Origin: a virus
DNA length: 64,000 bases
Reading direction: 5' to 3' (one strand)
IMG/VR virus record: IMGVR_UViG_3300020048_000018
Span: 32,001 to 96,000 of that record
The first letter of the stretch is position 1. Each line of letters begins with the position of its first letter. A model generated the notes under the pieces. It did no database searches, had not been told where the DNA came from, and saw nothing but the letters and a program-made list of their open reading frames with translations. Of this stretch, positions 1 to 9,327 are shown one piece after another. Position numbers and translations under genes: made by a program.

Positions 1-47
1 AATAGAAAATGAATTAAAAGGAACTAAATAATTATTAGGAGCTACAT

Positions 48-287
48 ATGTCAAACAATATTATAGAACATTTTGAGGATACTACAGGAATTGAGTATTC
101 GCTATTTAAGTCTGAAGTTTTTGAGATGCTTACGGAACTGTTTCAGACAGGGATGAAGGATGAAGAGTATTATGAAGAATGTTCTCAGATGGTTCAAGAC
201 TTTATTGGAAACCAAATTTCAGTTGATTATGACCAATTGAATGAACTTTCGTCCTTTATGGTAGTGCAATTCTTCTCAGAAGATTAA
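48..287 (+). CDS. Hypothetical acidic protein
   Basis: 79-aa ORF with SD (AGGAG) upstream. Confidence 0.7.
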   Translation: MSNNIIEHFEDTTGIEYSLFKSEVFEMLTELFQTGMKDEEYYEECSQMVQDFIGNQISVDYDQLNELSSFMVVQFFSED

Positions 288-307
288 TTTTCTTCTAAAT
301 TCCCTAA

Positions 308-348
308 AAAGTTTTGAACTTTTCTGAAATATCCTATATATTATATAG
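308..348 (+). promoter_or_regulatory. Repeated sigma70-like promoter, copy 1
   Basis: AAAGTT-TTG-AACTTT ... CCTATATATTATATAG; -35 TTGAAC, 17-nt spacer, -10 TATATT. Confidence 0.85.
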
Positions 349-355
349 GAAAGGG

Positions 356-505
356 TAGAAGTTTGGCACAGGTTGCCAGACGTTTTTTGGAGAAAAATAT
401 GTGGAGTAAAATCCACTACTAGGGTTCAAATCCCTGAACAAGTGGTCGGCACTTGGGTTAATTACCCCTAAAAAACTTGTTGGGTTCGAGTCCCAAAGCT
501 TCTAA
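356..505 (+). ncRNA. tRNA-Ser(GGA)-like RNA with ~60-nt insertion and two T-arms
   Basis: Acceptor-like helix TAGAAGTT(356-363)/AGCTTCTA(497-504); D-like arm TGGCA/TGCCA; anticodon arm GTTTT-TTGGAGA-AAAAT; variable arm GTGGA/TCCAC; T-arms AGGG-TTCAAAT-CCCT (421-435) and TTGGG-TTCGAGT-CCCAA (480-496); no CCA. Confidence 0.65.
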
Positions 506-533
506 AGAACTGATAAGATTGGAGGTTAGTAGT

Positions 534-1859
534 ATGGAAAAGAAAGCTATGGAAATTTGCAAAACACTCCAAAACTCAGGACATCAAGCACTGTTTGTAG
601 GTGGTTTTGTTCGGGATAAATTACTTGGAAAAAAAGCTCACGACATTGATATTTGTACAGATGCTCTCCCCACTCAAATAGAAAACCTTTTTTGGAAAAC
701 TGTTGGAGTAGGAAAAGAGTTTGGTACAATTGTAGTCCCTATGAAGGAGTTTTCTTTCGAGGTTACTACATTCAGAGCAGACTCAAAATCCTCAGATGGT
801 CGAAGACCTGACAGAGTAGACTTCTCAAAATCTTTTTCCGAGGATTCTTCTCGAAGGGACTTAACCATCAATGCAATTGGGTTTGACCCTATCAAGGATA
901 CCTTGTTTGACCTCCATGGTGGAGAGTCAGATATAAAAAACAAAGTTATCCGTTTTGTGGGTAATCCCTCAGACCGGCTTGCAGAAGATCGGCTCAGAGC
1001 TTTAAGAGCTATTCGTTTTTCTGCCCAACTTGGTTTTACCATTGAAGAAAACTCTTGGAAAGCCATTTGCGAAATCGGACACGATGATTCTGCCTTGAAA
1101 AATCTTTCATGGGAGAGGATTCGTGATGAGATGATGAAGATTCTCGTTTCAGACTTTCCTGCAAAAGGAATATTCCTTCTTAAGGAATCTGGACACCTTC
1201 ACCATATTCTCCCTGAGTTCGACAACATGTGGTGTTGTCACCAGAGCAAGAGATGGCACAGTGAGGGAACTGCCGCAATCCATACACTTTCTGTTTTGTC
1301 AAAATGTCTTACGAATACCTTTGTTGACAGAATGGCTTGTTTGCTCCATGACATTGGTAAACCCAACTGCTTAGAACTTAAAGATACAGAAGATGGATGG
1401 TGGAAAATCACAAACAAATGCCATGACATCGTGGGTCATTCCATTGCGGAAGTCATTTGTTCAAGATTGAAAATTCCTTCGGCTGAATCCGAAGCAATCT
1501 GTGATGCAGTAAGGTTTCACATGGATGCCCATCACTTGACCGAGATTAAAAAGGTTTGGAAGGTAAGACGATTCATCGGGAAAAAACATTTTTCCACGAT
1601 CATGAATCTCGCCCTCGCAGACGAGCTTGGTTCGATGTCAAAGGAACCCTATGAGTCTTTGACTGTTTTTGTGGATGCACAAAGGGCTTTGTTTCCTGTT
1701 ATGCTTCCGAAGCCTTTTATTACTGGGGATATGCTTATTGCTTCTGGCAAAAAGCCAAGCCCCGAGTTCAAGGCTATTTTGGAAGATGCCTTTAATAAAC
1801 AACTCAGTGGTTCTTCGGAAGAAGAATTAGTAAGAAGATTTTGTAAGAGGAGTAACTAA
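534..1859 (+). CDS. cca: CCA-adding tRNA nucleotidyltransferase with HD domain
   Basis: VGGFVRD, DIDICT (DxD), EVTTFR, RRDLTINA, EDRLR, ERIRDE, LLHDIGK. ATG 534 behind GGAGG preferred over the track's TTG 477. Confidence 0.92.
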   Translation: MEKKAMEICKTLQNSGHQALFVGGFVRDKLLGKKAHDIDICTDALPTQIENLFWKTVGVGKEFGTIVVPMKEFSFEVTTFRADSKSSDGRRPDRVDFSKSFSEDSSRRDLTINAIGFDPIKDTLFDLHGGESDIKNKVIRFVGNPSDRLAEDRLRALRAIRFSAQLGFTIEENSWKAICEIGHDDSALKNLSWERIRDEMMKILVSDFPAKGIFLLKESGHLHHILPEFDNMWCCHQSKRWHSEGTAAIHTLSVLSKCLTNTFVDRMACLLHDIGKPNCLELKDTEDGWWKITNKCHDIVGHSIAEVICSRLKIPSAESEAICDAVRFHMDAHHLTEIKKVWKVRRFIGKKHFSTIMNLALADELGSMSKEPYESLTVFVDAQRALFPVMLPKPFITGDMLIASGKKPSPEFKAILEDAFNKQLSGSSEEELVRRFCKRSN

Positions 1860-2032
1860 TGCACAAACACAATTTTATTGTTATGAATGAGTTTTCTACC
1901 GACAGTCAAGCCGAACAACTTTGTTCAATGGGTCTAAGACCTAATACATGGACTTCGTTTTCAAAGAAGTATATTACCGATTTCAAGTGTACTATCTGTA
2001 ATAAGATGATACGCAAAATAGTAAAGAGTTAA
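1859..2032 (+). CDS. Small hypothetical protein (57 aa, not in ORF track)
   Basis: ATG overlaps cca stop (TAATG); open to TAA 2030-2032. Confidence 0.55.
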   Translation: MHKHNFIVMNEFSTDSQAEQLCSMGLRPNTWTSFSKKYITDFKCTICNKMIRKIVKS

Positions 2033-2238
2033 GAAGGGGGAACCATATGAATATCTCAGTGAAAATTACCCCCATAAAGGGTAGAAGTATCGAGAAGGTT
2101 TGTGGAGATGTTAAAGAACTTTCTGAGTTCCTAAAGTCGGAAATTGTTTTCGAGTTTAATGGTGTTCCCATAACCACTGAAAATAAATCCATCAACGAAA
2201 TGGTTTTAAGTTATTCAACTGCCAGATAAGAGGAACTT

Positions 2239-2508
2239 ATGTATTGTTCTAACTGTAAAGAACTAACACATTTAAATCATGAGCCTATGAGATACACGAG
2301 TATCCAAGCTCATGAAAGAAATATGAATTATCAATCAGACTTTCAAGGTCTGAGAGAAGTGGTTATTGAAAAGTTTAAACAGGAATGTCTCAGAAAAGAT
2401 GTAATCTGGTCTAAGTTATTTGAGGAAAAATCTGGTGAGATAGTTGCCAGTTTTTTTAAGGAAGGAACCCAATGGTCATTCAAAACCTATATTCTGGGGG
2501 AATATTAA
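2239..2508 (+). CDS. Hypothetical protein with N-terminal CxxC
   Basis: SD GAGGA, MYCSNC. Confidence 0.6.
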   Translation: MYCSNCKELTHLNHEPMRYTSIQAHERNMNYQSDFQGLREVVIEKFKQECLRKDVIWSKLFEEKSGEIVASFFKEGTQWSFKTYILGEY

Positions 2509-2727
2509 ATGGTAGGAAAAATACGATCTTGGGTTGAAGCCCCGAAATGGGCAAATGTTTCTAATTTCATAAAGAACCTTGCTTGGGAACTTGGACTGGA
2601 ATGTACCGTCGAAGTTGACAAGGGTTGGATACGGGAAACAGTAAGATATGTTGTTGAAGGTGAAGAAGCCAAATTACGAACATTCAAGGATAAACTTTTA
2701 TCCACAGCCCGAGCGTACAACAATTAA
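2509..2727 (+). CDS. Hypothetical protein
   Basis: 72-aa ORF abutting previous stop. Confidence 0.65.
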   Translation: MVGKIRSWVEAPKWANVSNFIKNLAWELGLECTVEVDKGWIRETVRYVVEGEEAKLRTFKDKLLSTARAYNN

Positions 2728-3158
2728 TCTAACTAGGAAATATATGAAGTTTATAAATCTTATCAATGAAGAAATAAGTTTAGCTCTTAAGTCAGGAAGT
2801 GCAAACATTACCGGACTATTCAGGGCTAGAGAAATTTATATAAATTCCAAATCCGAATTGGAAGAAGTGAAACATTTTGAGCTTGACACCAAAAAAATTT
2901 CCTCTACAATATTTAAAAGCTCTGCGGGAGTATTAGGATGGGACGGAACAATTCTTCCAATAATATCTTCTGCACTAAAAACAGAAATTGAGTCTCAAGT
3001 TCAAAAATATCTTGAAACATTCAACAGGTAATACCTAAAAAGTAAATGTGTAATGTAAGCAATTGTGTACATTAAGTATCAGTATTTAAGATAATATACT
3101 CAATTGTTTACATTATAAAAATCTATTCAACTTTAAGTTTTAAGTTAATATATTATCT

Positions 3159-3902
3159 ATGAATACTATTAAAACCATTAAAGTAAAATCCTTGAAACAG
3201 TTGTCGAGGATTAAGTCAATTGACAACCCAACTATTTTAGACCTAACTCAGCTAAAGGAAAGCAAGCTTAGCAAGGAGTGTTTTCCCAGATCAAAAGTAG
3301 GTCTAGTAAAAATTATATTCCAAAACAGTTTGGAATATATTGATACACGTCTTTGTGAAAATGCAATAAATCTTGAGACGGTAGAAAATCTCCCAATGCT
3401 CAAGTTTATCGGTGACGAGGCTTTTCTTAATTGTAGTAAATTGGTAAGTTTCCCTTTTTCTCCTTCAATAAATTATATTGGAGTTTCAGCTTTTCAATTC
3501 TGCACCTCCTTAAAGGGGATATCTCTTTGGAATGTACCTTTAGTTTCTAAGAGCTGTTTTGATTATTGTAATTCCGTAGAAAAGATTGTTATGTATGGAG
3601 TAAAGGTTATAGACCATCATGCGTTTGCTTGCAATCTAAAGTTAAAAGAAATATATCTTCCTGAAACTGTAGAAAAGATTTCAAACTTAGCTTTTCAAGC
3701 AGGAATAAATACTGAACGATTAACCTCTATGGCTTCTGTTCCCCCTCAGATTTGTCAAGAGTCATTTACTTGTTGCAGTTTCAAGAAGATTCTTGTTAAA
3801 AAAGAATCTTTAGAATTATACAAGACAGCAAAAAATTGGGAAAAGTATTCCTCCATTATGGTAGGTTTTGATGATACAAGTATTGAGGAAGTAATAAAAT
3901 GA
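3159..3902 (+). CDS. BspA/TpLRR-type leucine-rich repeat protein
   Basis: Repeats such as LKFIGDEAFLNCSKL, INYIGVSAFQFCTSL, IYLPETVEKISNLAF; C-terminal LELYKTAKNWEKY. Confidence 0.85.
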   Translation: MNTIKTIKVKSLKQLSRIKSIDNPTILDLTQLKESKLSKECFPRSKVGLVKIIFQNSLEYIDTRLCENAINLETVENLPMLKFIGDEAFLNCSKLVSFPFSPSINYIGVSAFQFCTSLKGISLWNVPLVSKSCFDYCNSVEKIVMYGVKVIDHHAFACNLKLKEIYLPETVEKISNLAFQAGINTERLTSMASVPPQICQESFTCCSFKKILVKKESLELYKTAKNWEKYSSIMVGFDDTSIEEVIK

Positions 3903-4063
3903 TACGGGATTCAATTATATATCGAGTAGCAATATGTGAGTGTAATAATATGATTGTGTATATTCCAGCAACACAAGCCTTGCCAAATTTTTGCCCCAAA
4001 TGTGGCAGGGGAAACGAAGCCCCAGTTACACAGCCTACAGTAACTCCAAATAAGGATAGTTAA
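3899..4063 (+). CDS. Small Zn-ribbon protein (54 aa, not in ORF track)
   Basis: ATGA overlap with LRR stop; CEC...FCPKCG. Confidence 0.6.
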   Translation: MIRDSIIYRVAICECNNMIVYIPATQALPNFCPKCGRGNEAPVTQPTVTPNKDS

Positions 4064-4064
4064 T

Positions 4065-4802
4065 ATGGAAGTTAGAAGATGCTCAACACCCTTAAGTGTA
4101 AGTGAACCAAAACCAATATTAATAGTAGATGGGAATAATGTTCTTCATGCTTGTTTTTTCAAAACCGAGTTTTTTTCAGAAGACCTTAGAGCACAAGAGA
4201 CCCTTCGGTTGTTTAAGGAAAGAGTAATTGGTTTTGTAAGAAAGCTTCATCCAAGTAAAACGTATGTTGCATGGGATTCAGATAATGCAACAGCATGGAG
4301 GAAATCAATTTTTCCAAACTACAAAGGTACAAGACCCGAGAAACATGTAGCATTAAGAGAAGCTCTAAGCGAAGCAACCAATATTAATTTTAACAATGTT
4401 AAAGTTGACATGGCTGAGGGTGATGATACCATTTATGCACTCTGTAAAATATTTGAGGGTAAAGATATTACAATTGTTTCCAGTGACAAGGACTTCCTTC
4501 AAATCCCACAAGAACAAAAAAAGGTAAGGATTTTTAATTTATTAAAAAATGACTACAGGGAAATTCCTGAATATGATGTAGCATTGATGAAGTCCCTTTC
4601 TGGGGATACTTCGGATAATTTAACTGCGTTGGTAGGTATCGGGGAAAAGAAAGCTCTAAAGCTTATGGAATCCAATTTAACAACTCTTACCCCAGAGCAA
4701 CACGAAATAGTAGAAAAACATTTACAGGTAATTAAGTTTAGCAAAAATCCAAATGTGGAACAGTTTAAGAAAAGTGTTGCAGAAGTTATTTCAAAGTACT
4801 AA
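4065..4802 (+). CDS. 5'-3' exonuclease / RNase H (T4 Rnh, PolI N-terminal family)
   Basis: IVDGNN, VAWDS, WRKSIFPNYKGTR, EGDD, SSDKDF, GDTSDN..VGIGEKKA. Confidence 0.92.
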   Translation: MEVRRCSTPLSVSEPKPILIVDGNNVLHACFFKTEFFSEDLRAQETLRLFKERVIGFVRKLHPSKTYVAWDSDNATAWRKSIFPNYKGTRPEKHVALREALSEATNINFNNVKVDMAEGDDTIYALCKIFEGKDITIVSSDKDFLQIPQEQKKVRIFNLLKNDYREIPEYDVALMKSLSGDTSDNLTALVGIGEKKALKLMESNLTTLTPEQHEIVEKHLQVIKFSKNPNVEQFKKSVAEVISKY

Positions 4803-4813
4803 AGGAGTATAAG

Positions 4814-5695
4814 ATGAAAGGATTAAATAAAATTGTTAAGGGTATTACACAGACTTTTCTGTCAAGATTTGTTTCAAAAAAAGAATTGGAAAACAAAAAA
4901 TTGGTAGAAGTTTCTGCTGGTGATTACTTTAAGATTCTAAAGGATAAAAAGCAGAAGATAACAGATGGATCACTTACTACAATCTATGATAACTGTCTTG
5001 TTCTCCTAGATAAATATGACCGAACAGGTCAAATAGATGCTATGAAAAAACTTATGTTCCATCTTGAGACAATTGAAAAAGAACGTGAGGTTTTAAATGC
5101 AGGATTAGACACTTTTGTGTATCTAAATGATGTGAAACAGTATGTTGAAAAAGTTCAAGAAAGAGTTGTTAAAATAATCGAACTGGAAAAGTATGAACGT
5201 GAAATTCCAGATGACGTAATAGCAACTTATGAAAAGGTTAAACACCTTTTCTCAAAGTTCTTTGTAGTGTTCACTGATTTCACAAAAGAACATACTAAAA
5301 AAATTGAGAAAGAACGTGATCCAATATTGTTTGGTATGTTCCAAGATAAAGCCTCAGGCTCAAACTGTGAAAGACTTTATTTTATAGGTGATTGGGAAGA
5401 TGAGTTTTGTGACCTTACACTAGATCGTCTTATATCCGAAATGAAACCCCAACATGAAAAAGAACAAATCGAGTTTAATATTCGAGAACCAAAATCTTTA
5501 GAAGAACTGAGACAAAAGTTGGTGGACCTTGAAAATGAAAATAAGACTTCAAGAATAAATAATAACAATAATAGTTATTATATTATGAACACAAATTCAA
5601 CCTCTGGAACATTATCAACACCTATAGTATCTGTAATTCAAACAGAACCGGAAAAGAAAAAATCTACTTCTAAGAAATCAGAAGTAAAGAAATAA
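4814..5695 (+). CDS. Hypothetical protein
   Basis: 293-aa ORF with SD AAGGAG. Confidence 0.75.
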   Translation: MKGLNKIVKGITQTFLSRFVSKKELENKKLVEVSAGDYFKILKDKKQKITDGSLTTIYDNCLVLLDKYDRTGQIDAMKKLMFHLETIEKEREVLNAGLDTFVYLNDVKQYVEKVQERVVKIIELEKYEREIPDDVIATYEKVKHLFSKFFVVFTDFTKEHTKKIEKERDPILFGMFQDKASGSNCERLYFIGDWEDEFCDLTLDRLISEMKPQHEKEQIEFNIREPKSLEELRQKLVDLENENKTSRINNNNNSYYIMNTNSTSGTLSTPIVSVIQTEPEKKKSTSKKSEVKK

Positions 5696-5699
5696 TTCT

Positions 5700-6080
5700 A
5701 TGGCTAATATGGATGATATTGATTTAACAAGAGGTAGAATCTTTAGCCAAAATATGTCTCAAGTCAGACCTACTCAGGGAACCCTGTTAGACCAAGTAAG
5801 ATTTGATCTTGATGAAATTCTTGGTAAAGGAAAACTTTTAGATGATTTTAATGAGTTATTTTGGTCTTGGGATAAAAAAGAGGATTCCTTTCTAATAAGT
5901 CAGTTCTTTAATTTCCATGTTAAAGATCCTTATGACTTTTATACAGGGAATTGTTTTAGATGTGGGAAGTCCTTAGTAATATGGGACACTGAAACTGATT
6001 TATGCAATGAGTGCAAAGAAAGAAGAAACCTAGGGGATGTAAGGTTTTATAAATCCGAAACAAAAAATATGAAACTTTAA
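5700..6080 (+). CDS. Hypothetical protein with Zn-finger
   Basis: CFRCG...CNEC. Confidence 0.6.
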   Translation: MANMDDIDLTRGRIFSQNMSQVRPTQGTLLDQVRFDLDEILGKGKLLDDFNELFWSWDKKEDSFLISQFFNFHVKDPYDFYTGNCFRCGKSLVIWDTETDLCNECKERRNLGDVRFYKSETKNMKL

Positions 6081-6089
6081 GGAAGATAA

Positions 6090-6476
6090 TTGAAAACCTC
6101 CTATTTTTCCATGCTAGATTTAATTGACTACCCCATAGCTATATGTGGAAAAGTCCCCGACTTCTATTTAGATCGGGGATTACCCACATGTAAAAAGCTT
6201 GCACCTAAAATAGGTTTTTTCAAGGATTGGAAAAATGGAATCATTGATAATAATGGGTATATTGTAGAATATAAAAAACAAGTTCTAGACCTTCTAAATC
6301 CAAAAGAAGTGTTTAAGGAACTCTGTGAGATATATCCTAACGTAGATGATTCCAAAATAATGTTAATATGTTATGAGTCCACTCGTGGTGGAAAAGATAA
6401 AGTATTTTGTCATAGAAACTTAGTAGCCTCTTGGTTAAGGGATAATGGTTTCCCCTGTGAAGAGTTTAAGCCTTAG
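6090..6476 (+). CDS. DUF488-like protein
   Basis: TSYFS, LAPKIGFF, YKKQVL..L, LICYE, FCHRNLVASWL. Confidence 0.75.
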   Translation: MKTSYFSMLDLIDYPIAICGKVPDFYLDRGLPTCKKLAPKIGFFKDWKNGIIDNNGYIVEYKKQVLDLLNPKEVFKELCEIYPNVDDSKIMLICYESTRGGKDKVFCHRNLVASWLRDNGFPCEEFKP

Positions 6477-6506
6477 TTGTAATATCTAGTTAGTAACTAA
6501 CTAATA

Positions 6507-7280
6507 ATGGATAGTATTATTAGTTTTTGTGAACCTCATTTAACTCGTTATAAAAATTTTTTAAACTCAAGACCTTTAAGAGACTTAAAAAAAGAATCTG
6601 GTTTTAATATACACCATATTATACCTACTAGCTTAGGTGGTGGAAACCTACCTGATAACTTAATTAAACTAACCATAAGAGAGCACTATATTGCTCATAT
6701 GATACTTTGGAAAGGTTGTGGTGGAAAAATGTCCTATGCGTTTAAGCGTATGATTAACTCAGCTTCTATAAGATTTGGTTTAACCTCTAGGCAAGTCTAC
6801 CACCTTAGGAAGAGTCTTTTTGTTTCAAAAGAAACAAGGGAAAAGATTTCTAAGACTATGACAGGTCGTAAATACTCCTTAGAACTAAGAGAGAAACTTT
6901 CACTTTCCCATATAGGTAAAAAACTATCTGAGGAAACTAAAGAGAAACAAAGAACTTATCATAGGAATAATCCAAATGTCTTCTCTGAAAGTACTAGAGA
7001 TAAAATTTCAAAGGGTCTTACAGGAAGGAAACTTACGGATGAGTCAAGACAAAAAATGAGTAATGCACAGAAGGGACACCCAAACTTAGCTCTTTCTAAG
7101 CCAGTTTTATGTATAACAACAGGGGAAGTCTATCAAAGTGCCTCCGTTGTGAAGAGAGATACCGGAGTTAGTGTAAGTAATTGCTGTATAGGTAAAACAA
7201 AAACGGCTGGAGGTCAAGAATGGAAATATATTTCTAAGATAGAATATTCAAGTTTTGTCTCAAATAAATTACCTTCTTAA
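6507..7280 (+). mobile_element. Free-standing HNH homing endonuclease with NUMOD3-type repeats
   Basis: HHIIPTSLGGGNLPDNLIKLTIREHYIAH; repeated SxETREKIS...GRK; C-terminal KPVLC...GEVYQSA. Confidence 0.85.
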
Positions 7281-7392
7281 TAGGTTACTATAGAGGGAGA
7301 GAATATATTGATGATGTTGCTTCTTTTTGTAATGAGTTTCATCCAACAATGAATCCTTACAATCTCTTAAATGTTAAACTAAAGGATTAACT

Positions 7393-7653
7393 ATGAATGA
7401 TATAGATGACGATGGAACAATAAGATTTAAGTTTGATTGGGAATGGTGCGATCACTGTAGAGTTATGATGGTTATTTGTCCTAAATGCGGAAATAATTGT
7501 TGTAATGCAGGATATGGTCCGAATACGGGAAATCCAGAAACAGATGAAAAATGTGATGTGTGTAGTCTTGCTTATCAGTATCAAGACCTCGCATATAAAA
7601 CTCATAATGTTCCTATCCATATTGAAGGAGAAACTCAAAATGACCCTCACTAA
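7393..7653 (+). CDS. Cys-rich Zn-binding hypothetical protein
   Basis: CDHC, CPKC..CC, CDVC. Confidence 0.6.
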   Translation: MNDIDDDGTIRFKFDWEWCDHCRVMMVICPKCGNNCCNAGYGPNTGNPETDEKCDVCSLAYQYQDLAYKTHNVPIHIEGETQNDPH

Positions 7654-8348
7654 ACAAGAACGAGAGGAAATTTATTTCAGTATTTCTTGTCGTCTGGGTA
7701 TTATTGAAACGGGAACTAATATGAGAGCTGTCGATGCAATAAATTGTGGCAAAAAACATTTGGTGAAAATACTCACCTCAGATCAATATCCTCTCGTATT
7801 GAGTTTAGAGAATCTGATGATGAGAATGCTTCAGGAAAAGGACTCAGAATGAGCGTTATTATTTTTATTGGCTTTGTAGTGTTTACACTATTTGTAAGTG
7901 GCAGTATGAATCTTTTAGACTTTCTGAAAACTTATAATTTGGAAGGTAATTATTTCACAGAAGAGGAGTTTGAAAATGTATATTCAAGTAATGTTGACTA
8001 AAGAGGAATCCCAAATGGTAGCATGGGTAGAAAAAGACAAACGACTTAAAGAGGGTGTTAAACTTACCCTTAAAGATGTCGAAGGTAAGTGGACAGTTGA
8101 AAAACTTTACACCCGAGAGCTAGAAACTCCTTATGTTAGAAATGCGATAAAGGAACTTCTATGAAATGCGACAGATTGATGTGTGGTAAGGAAGCAATAA
8201 CCTTTCATGGAATATTTGCTACCACTCATGGATATTGTGAAGAGCATAGATGCTGTGCTAAGTGTGGACTTAAAATAAATTCAGAAAAAGAATCCGTTAG
8301 TCCCTCCTGTAAATGTGAAAAGCCAACAGAAAGAAAGGATTACTTAAA

Positions 8349-9005
8349 TTGGAAAAAGACCCAAATCTAAAAAGAATGGCTATAGGTGATATCCACGGAA
8401 AAAAGAACTGGAAAGATTACTTGAAAGAAGACTTTACTGAGTTTTATTTTGTTGGAGACTATTTTGATAACTATGAGGAAACTCCTGCGGTAAGTCAGAT
8501 TAGAAACTTTTTAGCAATTGTTAAAGAAGCAAGACGAGACCCAAGAATAAGACTATGTTGTGGCAACCATGATTACCAGTATCTACGAGGACTTGACAGA
8601 TCAGAAAAATATTCTGGATTTCAGAATTATGCTTATATGGATATTCAAATAGCGTTAGAGTCATCAATGGATATTATTAAGCCGGTATATGTAACTGAAG
8701 ATAATATTATTATTTCCCATGCAGGTGTTACAAAAACATTTTTGAGAGACTGTAGTTTGGAAAACCCTGAAGACATTAATAACAGATTCATAGAATACCG
8801 AATGAGTTTGGCTTTTAACGGATTCAACCCCTATGGAGATGACCCCAGAAATGGACCTCTTTGGGTAAGACCTGATTCACTAATAAAAGATAAACTTGAA
8901 GGTTACAAACAAATTGTAGGTCATACCAAAATGGAAAAAATAACTACAATTGAGGGAATAACTTTTATTGATCTTGATACCTGTCAAGAAGTTTATTGGT
9001 TTTAA
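8349..9005 (+). CDS. Calcineurin-like metallophosphoesterase
   Basis: IGDIHG, VGDYFD, GNHD, SHAG, VGHT. Confidence 0.9.
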   Translation: MEKDPNLKRMAIGDIHGKKNWKDYLKEDFTEFYFVGDYFDNYEETPAVSQIRNFLAIVKEARRDPRIRLCCGNHDYQYLRGLDRSEKYSGFQNYAYMDIQIALESSMDIIKPVYVTEDNIIISHAGVTKTFLRDCSLENPEDINNRFIEYRMSLAFNGFNPYGDDPRNGPLWVRPDSLIKDKLEGYKQIVGHTKMEKITTIEGITFIDLDTCQEVYWF

Positions 9006-9327
9006 ACTCTTCTAATAATCTTAGACTAAATTATCAGGAGATAATTGAAATGACTATAGAAGCAAAATATGAAGTACTTATGAATGCTATGCATTTAATT
9101 AACGGTAGAATATATTCAATTAAAAATGAATATGATAAAGGCGTGAAAGGCTACTCTAATACAGATAAACAAACTTGTTTGTATTTGGATGAACTTTCCA
9201 ATATGATTTGTGATACCACAAATAGAATTGCTGAAAGCAAAGACTGCCCTTTCGATACTCAGATAGACTTGTTAGCTGAACAAGAATATATCGAAGAAAT
9301 TGTATCAAAGGTCTAAAAGGATAACTA

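Noticed and set aside
356-505. Calling the RNA tRNA-Sec or tmRNA
   Set aside because: Anticodon is GGA, not TCA; no tag reading frame or Ala acceptor identity, and it is too short for tmRNA
477-533. Track's TTG start for the CCA enzyme
   Set aside because: Overlaps the second T-arm of the tRNA-like RNA; ATG 534 has a GGAGG SD and matches the expected domain start
5556-5575. AAT/AAC run encoding poly-Asn
   Set aside because: Short in-frame low-complexity tract; no sign of a phase-variable locus
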